Shown here: positions 40,510-47,769 of the stretch, piece by piece
Numbering within the stretch: position 1 is the stretch's first letter
Layout of the letters: every line of letters begins with the position of its first letter
Source of the DNA: a virus
Lineage: Duplodnaviria; Heunggongvirae; Uroviricota; Caudoviricetes
Strand: one strand, 5' to 3'
IMG/VR virus record: IMGVR_UViG_3300029914_000004
DNA length: 64,000 nt
Notes under the pieces: generated by a model
What the model saw: the letters and a program-made list of their open reading frames with translations, nothing else
Told to the model about the DNA's origin: nothing
Database searches by the model: none
Program-made: the position numbers and the translations under genes

Positions 40510-40669
40510 ACGCCAGGATTCAAAAAGATTTAAAAGATCCTGGCGAAAGTCAGGATCTTTCATTTGCAGTAAAGAATAGTTATCCGTTCCGCTTCACGTT
40601 AACCGAGCACTCTTTATAAAGAGAATGGAAAATATCAAAGATAACTATAATGTAGTAAAAATGTTTTAT

Positions 40670-40744
40670 GGGGCAGTAGCTCAGAGGGAGAGCGCTGCGT
40701 TAGCATCGCAGAGGTCGAGATTTCAAAATTCTCCTGCTCCACCA
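40670..40744 (+). tRNA. tRNA-Ala(AGC)
   Basis: acceptor GGGGCAG/CTGCTCC with G3:U70, ACCA; stem CTGCG/CGCAG, loop TT-AGC-AT. Confidence 0.85.
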
Positions 40745-40818
40745 TAAAGTTTTTGCTTGGGGTGGTTACTTATTTGACAGATTTATATAAACGAATTAAA
40801 GATTGGAATGAAAAATAT

Positions 40819-40893
40819 GGGGAATAAGTGTTGATAGGAGCACGATAGATTCGCAATTTATAAGGGTGAGGGCAGTTCTCACATTCTCCACAA
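40819..40893 (+). tRNA. tRNA-Ala(CGC), non-canonical T-loop
   Basis: GGGGAAT/ATTCTCC with G3:U70; loop TT-CGC-AA; T-loop GGCAGTT. Confidence 0.7.
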
Positions 40894-40971
40894 GTTATTG
40901 AAAATAAAGCACTTATTTTTTACTTGACAAATGATCTAGAATTTAGTATTATTAAAGAGTAGCAAGAATAT

Positions 40972-41064
40972 GGGCTATGGGGCTGCTAGGGTGGCCACTG
41001 GTTTTGCACTCCAGAATCATCGAGAAATCGATACAGCGGGATTCAAATTCCCGATAGTCCACCA
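40972..41064 (+). tRNA. tRNA-Ala(TGC) with long variable arm
   Basis: GGGCTAT/ATAGTCC with G3:U70, ACCA; loop TT-TGC-AC; 22-nt variable arm. Confidence 0.8.
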
Positions 41065-41075
41065 AAAAATTTAGG

Positions 41076-41104
41076 TTGACAAACAAAGTAAAGTTTGATA
41101 GTAT
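41076..41104 (+). promoter_or_regulatory. sigma70-type promoter driving the ncRNA/tRNA run
   Basis: TTGACA-N17-TAGTAT. Confidence 0.7.
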
Positions 41105-41119
41105 AAAAGAGTAGCAAGA

Positions 41120-41522
41120 AATTGGTGCAACACAGCACGAAGTAGCACTCCAAATGCAGCGAATGAGAATTCGTTCAACAGATGGACAGACACATAATGT
41201 TTACTTGTAAAAGTGTTCTGACCTTAACGTGCCTGCGATAGTGAGTTGAATGGTGAAATGCCAGAAGAAAGTTCACCAGCCAATGAAGTTTAAAAATCGC
41301 TTTAGTAGCGATCTGATAGTAAATCAGTTCAGGAAGTATTTGACAATTGAAGAGAATATTGCAGAGCAACAGTGCTCTGTTTGAATATGAAAGTTACACC
41401 CGCCTACGTGGCAGTCCTAACTGAGACAGCATCACGACTTCAGGTGGCACGATGGTTGTAACGGGGCAAGCTTTCAGACTAATTAACAATTAGCGGCTGC
41501 GTACTGCCCGTAAAGTACGCAT
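41120..41522 (+). ncRNA. about 400-nt structured ncRNA candidate
   Basis: no credible ORF; many hairpins (GCGAAT/ATTCGT, GGTGAA/TTCACC, ATCGCT/AGCGAT, CAGAGCA/TGCTCTG, TGAAAG/CTTTCA, TGCGTACT/AGTACGCA). Confidence 0.65.
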
Positions 41523-41541
41523 AAAGTTTTGAAGTAAATAT

Positions 41542-41627
41542 GCCGTAATGGTGGAACGGAATACACTTTGGACTTAAAATCCAACGCTCTTATGAGATTG
41601 AGGGTTCAAATCCCTCTTACGGCACCA
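41542..41627 (+). tRNA. tRNA-Leu(TAA), class II
   Basis: TTGGA-CTTAAAA-TCCAA; long variable arm; ACCA. Confidence 0.9.
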
Positions 41628-41638
41628 AAAAGTTTAGT

Positions 41639-41756
41639 AGATCAATAGCTCAATTGGTTAGAGCAACGAGATTAACAGATCAAGTCGTAAAGCCACAAGC
41701 CTAAGATACTTGAAGTCACTCGTCGGTTGAAGGTTCGAGTCCTTCTTGATTTACTA
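41639..41756 (+). tRNA. tRNA, probably Leu(TAA), with 41-nt anticodon-loop insert
   Basis: intact D and T arms, stem ACGAG/CTCGT, 48-nt loop 41671-41718. Confidence 0.65.
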
Positions 41757-41767
41757 GAAAAGTTTAA

Positions 41768-41880
41768 CTCTGAGTCGCAAGACTATCGAAGTGACTAGGA
41801 AACTAGCTGGCATAACGAAATATTATGTTGGACCTTGAGAGTGACCACAGATGAATCTCAGTGAAAGCTAGAGATTTCAG
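41768..41880 (+). ncRNA. multi-hairpin spacer RNA candidate
   Basis: GTC-GCAA-GAC, CTAG-GAAA-CTAG, CATAAC/TTATG hairpins; CTGAG/CTCAG long-range pairing. Confidence 0.35.
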
Positions 41881-41894
41881 AGTTATAAAGTTTT

Positions 41895-41971
41895 GCCGCG
41901 TTCGTATAACGGATTATTATGCTCCGCCTTTAACGGAATCGATATGGGTTCAAATCCCATGCGCGGCACCA
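41895..41971 (+). tRNA. tRNA-Lys(TTT), C33
   Basis: loop CC-TTT-AA; GCCGCGT/GCGCGGC, ACCA. Confidence 0.75.
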
Positions 41972-41985
41972 AAGTTTAGATGTAT

Positions 41986-42062
41986 GCGTTCGTCGTATAG
42001 CGGCTTATTATACTTGTCTCTTAAACAAGCTGACGTGAGTTCAAATCTCACCGAACGCACCA
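41986..42062 (+). tRNA. tRNA-Lys(CTT)
   Basis: CTTGT-CTCTTAA-ACAAG; ACCA. Confidence 0.9.
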
Positions 42063-42078
42063 AAAGTTTTATAGTTAT

Positions 42079-42198
42079 GAGATTGTAGCTCAATTGGTAG
42101 AGCAACGCCCTTTTTTCGGGATGCTTCTTTGAGAGAGCATTCGATGGATGCTTTCAAAAAGGCGCAGGTTGTGGGTTCGATTCCCACCAGTCTCACAA
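42079..42198 (+). tRNA. tRNA-Lys(TTT) with 44-nt anticodon-loop insert
   Basis: GAGATTG/CAGTCTC; CT-TTT[insert about 42115-42158]AA. Confidence 0.7.
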
Positions 42199-42250
42199 AG
42201 ATTTGAAATTAAAACCATCTTCGCATAAATAAAGATGGAGGATCAATTAA

Positions 42251-42865
42251 ATGCCATTAGTAAATTGTCCAAAATGTAATACTGAATTTGAGAATAAAGG
42301 AAAATGGGGAACCAAAAAATTTTGTAGTAGAAAATGTGCCAATTCAAAAGATCGGCCACAAGAGTTAAGAGATAGAGTTTCTAAAAAATTAAAAGGAAGA
42401 ATTGGAAAAAGTATTTTTCTTTCTCCAGAGAAACTCATAAGTCGTAATCTTAAACTTAGAAAAACTTGGGATTTAAAATATGAGAATATTCCATTTGAAG
42501 AACTTTCTTGGGATTTACAAAGATTGCGAGTAATAAAAGAACAAAATAATTCTTGCGGAAAATGTGAAATTACTGAATGGTTTGAAAATCCAATAACTTT
42601 AGAAGTTGATCATATAGATGGAAACCGAAAGAATAATTGTAGAGAAAATTTAATTGCTATTTGTCCAAATTGTCATAGTATTACTACAACATGGCGCGGA
42701 AGAAATAGAAAAACTGTGGATTATAAAACTGATGAAGAAATTTTAAATGTTATTTTACAAACTGAAAATATTCATCAAGCATTAAAATTTCTAAATATGG
42801 CATGTCGAGGAGCCAATTATAAAAGATTACAACAGTTAATGGAAAAAAATAATATCTCTTACTAA
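42251..42865 (+). CDS. HNH homing endonuclease with N-terminal FCS..C Zn finger
   Basis: CPKC, FCSRKCAN, CGKC, LEVDHIDGN..NN.RENL..ICPNCHS; TAAATA upstream. Confidence 0.9.
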   Translation: MPLVNCPKCNTEFENKGKWGTKKFCSRKCANSKDRPQELRDRVSKKLKGRIGKSIFLSPEKLISRNLKLRKTWDLKYENIPFEELSWDLQRLRVIKEQNNSCGKCEITEWFENPITLEVDHIDGNRKNNCRENLIAICPNCHSITTTWRGRNRKTVDYKTDEEILNVILQTENIHQALKFLNMACRGANYKRLQQLMEKNNISY

Positions 42866-42871
42866 ATTTAT

Positions 42872-42976
42872 AGCCGTATAGCTCAATTGGTTCAGAGCAT
42901 TCCCCTTATTTAGGGCCTGTGCATCAGACCTTAAATAAGGGAAAGGTTGATGGTTCGATCCCATCTACGGCTACCA
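42872..42976 (+). tRNA. tRNA-Ile(TAT) with 27-nt anticodon-loop insert
   Basis: AGCCGTA/TACGGCT-ACCA; stem TTCCC/GGGAA; 34-nt loop 42905-42938. Confidence 0.75.
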
Positions 42977-42990
42977 CAAAGTTTAAATGT

Positions 42991-43051
42991 TGGCTTGTAG
43001 CATAATTGGCAATGTGTGACCCTGTTAAGGTCAAAGATGATGGTCCAGCCA
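42991..43051 (+). pseudogene. T-arm-deleted duplicate of tRNA-Asn(GTT)
   Basis: identical to 47275-47351 except GTTCGAGTCCCTCTGAG is replaced by T. Confidence 0.85.
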
Positions 43052-43062
43052 AAATTTAAAGT

Positions 43063-43181
43063 TTCGCTGTAGGGAAAATATACCCCGCTGCATGAGGCAG
43101 AAAGATATTGAGGGGCTGGTCAACGGCTATAGACGCCCAGTGAGTAAATATTTGATGGTGCAAATCCATCCGGCGATACCA
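43063..43181 (+). tRNA. tRNA-like element with shrunken anticodon loop and very large variable insert
   Basis: acceptor TCGCTG/CGGCGA + ACCA, T arm GATGG-TGCAAAT-CCATC, CTGC-ATGAG-GCAG arm. Confidence 0.5.
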
Positions 43182-43188
43182 ATTTTAT

Positions 43189-43323
43189 GGGATGGTAGCT
43201 CAGTAGAAGAGCAATGGCTATGAGGGGTAGTCTAGCGACGGTTAGATGAGACTCAAGTGCAAAAGTCATACGTCGAGAAGTCTGAAGGCCAAGGACATTG
43301 TGCAAATCCCTCTCATCCCATCA
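43189..43323 (+). tRNA. degenerate tRNA-like element with about 60-nt anticodon-loop insert
   Basis: GGGATGG/TCATCCC, D arm GCTC..GAGC, TGGC/GCCA stem; T stem poorly paired. Confidence 0.4.
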
Positions 43324-43395
43324 ATTTTAAAGAAAAGATGTTGGGTTCAATGGTCCGACTTCAAACTAACGTTAAGTCAAGTTTGAATAGTTTAA

Positions 43396-43469
43396 GCGGG
43401 GATAGTTTAAATAGTAGAATATCTGAGTTTCCGCTCAGAAGATGGGTTGCAAGTACCCTAACCGCTCCA
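43396..43469 (+). tRNA. degenerate tRNA-Gly(TCC)
   Basis: CTGAG-TTTCCG-CTCAG (6-nt loop); two acceptor mismatches; TCCA. Confidence 0.5.
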
Positions 43470-43480
43470 ATTTTATATAT

Positions 43481-43565
43481 GCGGGAGAAGCCTACTTGGT
43501 ATGGCACTGGTCTTCCAAACCAGAGATGAAAATCGCTGCGAGTTCAAATCTCGTCTCCCGCTCCA
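43481..43565 (+). tRNA. tRNA-Gly(TCC) with long variable arm
   Basis: GCGGGAG/CTCCCGC-TCCA; CT-TCC-AA; 14-nt variable arm. Confidence 0.9.
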
Positions 43566-43845
43566 TATTTATACATATGGAATAAAGGAAGAAAATTAAA
43601 ATGAAATATTGGTGTAAAAATTGTGAACATCTTCTGCCATTGAAGAACAATGAAAGAACAGAAAATTTCAAAGAATGGTGGATAGAAAATCGAGAACAAT
43701 TCAGAGAACTGCATCTCAATGGAGAGTGTGAAATAAAAACAACTCAGATACAGAAGGTGAATTTATATGCATAAACTTTTGTTTTTCTTAGCATTTGTTA
43801 TAATTGTATTTGTGGTGCATATGTTGAAGTGTAAATAAAGTTTGT

Positions 43846-43916
43846 CGCGGGGTGCAGGTTGCCGTTTCAGGCTCATAACCTTGAAATGTACGTGAGTTTC
43901 GATACTCCCTCCGCAT
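43846..43916 (+). tRNA. degenerate initiator-like tRNA-Met(CAT)
   Basis: CGCGGGG/CTCCGCA with C1:A72 mismatch, CT-CAT-AA; shortened D arm; no CCA. Confidence 0.45.
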
Positions 43917-43967
43917 CTTTTGAGCAGACACGCCGCCATGTTAATAACAAAAGATGCGTGTGAAAGT

Positions 43968-44190
43968 TTAAAATAATAATTTTTTAATTTCCTCAAATGC
44001 AGTATCAGGAGAATAAACACCATCATTAAATGATAAAACTTCCCAACCCGAATTTGTCAATTCTTTGATTTTTATTTTATCTCTGTTTTGAACTTGTTTT
44101 AAAGAAAAATTTTTAATTTTTAGTTGTTTGTAATGCCATGGTCCATTCCAAAGAATAGCAACTTTATAATCATCAAGAATAATTGTTTTG
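43968..44190 (-). pseudogene. inverted remnant of a Vsr/DUF559-like endonuclease C-terminus
   Basis: IILDDYKVAILWNGPWHY...QNRDKIK...GW.V; no credible N-terminus. Confidence 0.5.
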
Positions 44191-44304
44191 CATTGAAACC
44201 TCATATAAATAAAGATATGGCAGGACAAACTTGCAAAACCTCACAAGTGAACAAATATTCACAAGATATTTGTTCTTGCTGCCAATAGTATTTATCTTTA
44301 TTAA

Positions 44305-44375
44305 GGCACAGACAAGGATTTGCGCTCACCCTCATAAAGTGGTGCGAGTGGGATTATTCCCCACCTGTGCCACCA
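44305..44375 (+). tRNA. tRNA(CAT) Met/Ile2 with truncated D arm
   Basis: GGCACAG/CTGTGCC-ACCA; CT-CAT-AA; T-loop ATTATTC. Confidence 0.55.
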
Positions 44376-44757
44376 AAAATAACTAGGAGTTATCAAATGG
44401 CTTATTTACTTAAAAAAGGATATAAAATAGACAAAGGGATCAGAATATATGATAATGAAGAATCATTATTGCCTTGGTGTGATTTTAAAAATTGTAATAC
44501 ATTGGCGTCTCATAATGCTGATCAATATGTTGAGTTAAAATGCAATAAATGGTAGAATTGGTTATCATATCCAAAATTTTTATGCAAAGAACAGGAATTA
44601 ATGGGATGTGATCATCATCCAGTATCTTCAGAAATTGTTTATTTGGATGGACATTCAGAATTTTTTATTAAAATTCCACAAACAAGATGGCATAAACATA
44701 AATATGAGTTTATATTAGCTTTGATTTTTGCGGTACTTTGTGCGATAATTATTTAAG

Positions 44758-44786
44758 TTGACAAAAGATTTTAAAAGTTGTATAGT
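44758..44786 (+). promoter_or_regulatory. sigma70-type promoter
   Basis: TTGACA-N17-TATAGT. Confidence 0.8.
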
Positions 44787-44798
44787 AAAAGAATAGAG

Positions 44799-44869
44799 AT
44801 TTGCAGCACGCCGTAAATGTCTTATGACCTACCTCCAATTTGTTATAGACAACGATTCGTGTTGCAAAT
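44799..44869 (+). ncRNA. small three-way-junction RNA candidate
   Basis: ATTTGCAGCACG/CGTGTTGCAAAT closing stem with two inner hairpins. Confidence 0.45.
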
Positions 44870-44892
44870 AAAAGATATTGGTATAATGAGTA

Positions 44893-44963
44893 GTGCTTGT
44901 AGCTCAGTGGTAGAGCAGCCCCATTAAGAGGGCTGGTCGTTGGTTCGATTCCAACCAAGTATC
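44893..44963 (+). tRNA. tRNA, probably Leu(TAA) short-arm; anticodon uncertain
   Basis: canonical D and T arms; GCCCC-ATTAAGA-GGGCT with one mismatch; no CCA. Confidence 0.55.
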
Positions 44964-45058
44964 AAAGTTATACTAGGCGCAGATAGACCATAATTGGTTC
45001 GCGGCCATGTTGGGAACGTCTCGTGAAATCCATCGCGCCCGCGATCTGAAGTAAAGTT

Positions 45059-45213
45059 TGTGTTAGTTGCTGTATTATTAGCCGAAGGAGCAAGAGCACC
45101 AGATGGAAAACTGGAGATTTGGCATTACGCCAACCAATTGCGTAATGTGTCTGTGATCTAGCTAGGCGAGATGGGATTATCACTATTGGTAGATAACTCC
45201 ACTGACTAACACA
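45059..45213 (+). ncRNA. 155-nt multibranch RNA candidate
   Basis: TGTGTTAGT/ACTAACACA closing stem; CATTACGC/GCGTAATG, CCAG/CTGG, GTGAT/ATCAC helices. Confidence 0.5.
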
Positions 45214-45245
45214 ATTAGATATTAAAAAAAGTAGTGTCGCTGTAA

Positions 45246-45311
45246 GTATAATGTCGTCTAATGGAAGGATAGCGTGAACGCAAGATGCGAGTTCGACTCT
45301 CGCCTTATACT
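45246..45311 (+). ncRNA. tRNA-like RNA lacking an anticodon loop
   Basis: acceptor GTATAA/TTATAC, D-loop TAATGG, perfect T arm GCGAG-TTCGACT-CTCGC, anticodon arm only GCG-TGAA-CGC. Confidence 0.6.
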
Positions 45312-45368
45312 GAAGACACTTGAGAGTTTTCTTTAAACGAAAACTCTCCGCGATTAGTAATACAAGTA

Positions 45369-45478
45369 TGAAATGTCTGACTTGAAGCGCTCTCTGGCAA
45401 GGGCGTAAAGGCCAGATCGATGCAATATCCAAAGGCCAGAGTGCTGATGGAAGTGCAAAGTTCAAGTCAGACATTTCA
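45369..45478 (+). ncRNA. 110-nt rod-like RNA closed by a perfect 18-bp stem
   Basis: TGAAATGTCTGACTTGAA/TTCAAGTCAGACATTTCA; inner CTCTGGC/GCCAGAG. Confidence 0.55.
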
Positions 45479-45489
45479 GTAATTTTATC

Positions 45490-45615
45490 GGGGAGAAACT
45501 ATAGAGTTAGCTATAATGGGGAGAACTAAAGCGATGGCTGGCGATGGCCCAGAAGGAGCTACTTTAGTTTTATGATCTAGAAATAGTTGCTGGTTTCAAC
45601 ACTAGCGCCCCGCCA
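45490..45615 (+). ncRNA. CCA-ended tRNA-mimic candidate
   Basis: GGGG/CCCC-G-CCA; T-like arm GCTGGT-TTCAAC-ACTAGC; AACTAAAG/CTTTAGTT helix. Confidence 0.45.
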
Positions 45616-45698
45616 ATTTAGTAGTGACATTTGTTAGGCAGAGGTTAACGGTTTAGGGCACTCTGCCTGATGATGGAAAGAAATATACTAAAAAGACT

Positions 45699-45911
45699 GT
45701 GCCGAACGAAATATATGAAGCACTACTTGAATATATTGAAGAGTACAACCTTGATTGTGCTGACAATTTTCGATATTCTCCAAAAAATGATCCAGAAGGA
45801 ATGGATGAATATTTAACTATTTCTCAACGTGGGTGTTGTGGTCGTGCTGACTTTTTAGCATGGGAAAATAATGGGCAAGAGTGGGTTATTGGTTGTAATT
45901 ATGGACATTAA
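45699..45911 (+). CDS. small hypothetical protein
   Basis: GCCG..D...G..W.IGCNYGH. Confidence 0.55.
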   Translation: MPNEIYEALLEYIEEYNLDCADNFRYSPKNDPEGMDEYLTISQRGCCGRADFLAWENNGQEWVIGCNYGH

Positions 45912-45931
45912 ATTTAACAAAAAAGGAAAAT

Positions 45932-46450
45932 ATGATCACATTAGAACAATGGTTAAAAGCAATTAAGTATAGAATCACTGAGGGATCAGATTATAATTGG
46001 GAAAGCTATGGACCAAATGCATATAGTTTGGATTATTGGGATCAACTCCACAATGGAGTTGACACTTCAATAATTATCGATAAATTAACTGGAATTGTTT
46101 ATCAATGCGAAGTTTGTGATTATGAAAAGAATGTTGCATATCGCATTATCAATCCAGCCTTTAAAGACAGTCATATTGGAGAAGCTGAGCAGAAAAATCT
46201 TGATCATGGTTATGTTGATGAAGCTTGGGAAAATGTTCCATATTGTGACTCAGAAGTTGATGATTTCCTAGAGAAACTACATGCCATTGTCAATCATGAA
46301 TCATACGATACTCGTTCAAGTGTTTCACTAGATTTAGATGAAAAAACAACATTTACATTGATGAAGATGGCGCATGAAAAAGATATAACTTTTAATCAAT
46401 TAATTTGTAATATTTTAAACGAGGTGTTTTTGAATCCAAATACAACATAA
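45932..46450 (+). CDS. conserved phage protein
   Basis: MITLEQW..AI.YRITEGS.Y.W; C-terminal L..L.KMAHE.DITFNQ. Confidence 0.7.
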   Translation: MITLEQWLKAIKYRITEGSDYNWESYGPNAYSLDYWDQLHNGVDTSIIIDKLTGIVYQCEVCDYEKNVAYRIINPAFKDSHIGEAEQKNLDHGYVDEAWENVPYCDSEVDDFLEKLHAIVNHESYDTRSSVSLDLDEKTTFTLMKMAHEKDITFNQLICNILNEVFLNPNTT

Positions 46451-46462
46451 CTAGATTTATAT

Positions 46463-46540
46463 GGCTCTATAGCTTAATTAGATTAAAGCACTTCACCGTC
46501 AATGAAGGAGATGGGGATGCAACTTCCCTTGGAGCCGCCA
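46463..46540 (+). tRNA. tRNA-Asp(GTC), C33
   Basis: CTTCA-CCGTCAA-TGAAG; G73, CCA. Confidence 0.85.
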
Positions 46541-46679
46541 ATTTTTAAATAGTCTGGTTAAGTCCAGCAAGCGCAGGATACGCGAGAGTTAATGACTCTT
46601 CCACCAGCGCCTTAAATTTAGGAGCAAACTGCCAGAAAATTAGGAATTAGTTCTACTGCTATTAGAAAAAGATTAAAAC

Positions 46680-46755
46680 GGCAACTTAACACTGATGGTC
46701 AGTGTGCTAGACTGAAAATCTAGAAAACTCAGATCGTTACTGAGAGTTGCCACCA
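46680..46755 (+). tRNA. tRNA-Phe(GAA)
   Basis: CTAGA-CTGAAAA-TCTAG; T-loop ATCGTTA; ACCA. Confidence 0.85.
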
Positions 46756-47158
46756 TAAGTTTAGGAGTATTATGACAACAATAACAATTAAGGAAGCAGC
46801 GATTCTTTCTTATCTGTCAAAACAGCCAATTGAATCTGAAAGAATTGAATTAACAAAACGCTTGGGTGTAGAAGCTAAAGAACTTGCTATTTCTTTGATA
46901 AATAAAAAATAATATGAAAATTGAATTAGATTTGACTGAAGATGAAATAAAAATGCTCAAAAAGCTTACAACTACTGGTGGAAATAGAGCCGCAGTTTGC
47001 AGACCAGTTCATGATTCAGTATATTCAAAAATTTGCAAGGCAATAAAGTTAGAAAAAGAAAATCAAGAACCAGTTAAATTTCTTGGATTTTCTGGACCAT
47101 TGATGATTTTTCTGATTATCCATTATTAGCAGAAAATCATAAGAAATAAAATTAAGTT

Positions 47159-47261
47159 CATTCAGTAATTCATTTATCATAGTAGCGAAGTAACGCATGA
47201 GTAAAATCGGAAAAGGTTGTTAGCCAATCCATGATAAAATTCTAGATGGAATTACTGAATG
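47159..47261 (+). ncRNA. about 100-nt rod-like RNA candidate
   Basis: CATTCAGTAATTC/GAATTACTGAATG and TTATCAT/ATGATAA stems. Confidence 0.45.
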
Positions 47262-47274
47262 TTAGTTTAAATGT

Positions 47275-47351
47275 TGGCTTGTAGCATAATTGGCAATGTG
47301 TGACCCTGTTAAGGTCAAAGATGATGGGTTCGAGTCCCTCTGAGCCAGCCA
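47275..47351 (+). tRNA. tRNA-Asn(GTT)
   Basis: TGACC-CTGTTAA-GGTCA; G73, CCA. Confidence 0.85.
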
Positions 47352-47379
47352 AAAATTTAGTTGTTGAAGGGTGTGCCGA

Positions 47380-47769
47380 ATGGCAAGTATGACAAAAGAT
47401 CAAATTAGATATAATGATCCTACAACTGGAAGAAAAAAATATCTTATTAAAAAGGTAACAGATCGCAGAATTACAATTCGCAAAAAAGTAGTAGAAATTT
47501 TGGGAGGAAAGTGTTTGCTATGCGGTTATGATAAGTGTGGAAATGCATTATGCGCACATCATCTTGATCCAAAAGAAAAAGAGTTTGGTTTAAGTTATAA
47601 AGGTTTGTGTAGGAGTTGGATTAAAGTTCTTTCTGAATTAAAGAAATGCGTTTTGCTTTGCGCTAATTGTCATGCAGAAGTGCATGATGGATTGATTATT
47701 CCTAATGAATTAATAATACAAACTAGAAAACGTGTAGAGTGTGAAGAAAGTTTAGTTGTTCCTTCGTAG
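47380..47769 (+). CDS. HNH endonuclease
   Basis: GGKCLLCGY.KC..AL..HHLDP..K.F...ELKKCVLLCANCHAEVH; stop overlaps the next tRNA; flanked by TTTAGTTGTT direct repeats (47356, 47751). Confidence 0.9.
   Translation: MASMTKDQIRYNDPTTGRKKYLIKKVTDRRITIRKKVVEILGGKCLLCGYDKCGNALCAHHLDPKEKEFGLSYKGLCRSWIKVLSELKKCVLLCANCHAEVHDGLIIPNELIIQTRKRVECEESLVVPS

Noticed and set aside
41120-41522. tmRNA or group I intron
   Set aside because: No G3:U70 acceptor, T arm, CCA or tag ORF; no recognisable P7 elements.
41895-41971. Ochre suppressor (TTA) reading
   Set aside because: That register destroys the anticodon stem; CC-TTT-AA gives four contiguous pairs.
45490-45615. Selenocysteine tRNA
   Set aside because: No UCA anticodon and no 8-bp acceptor or Sec-type D arm.
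45630-45690. Hammerhead ribozyme (stem, CTGATGA, GAAA)
   Set aside because: No NUH in the right register before stem I, no stem III partner, and stem II is at most 1 bp.
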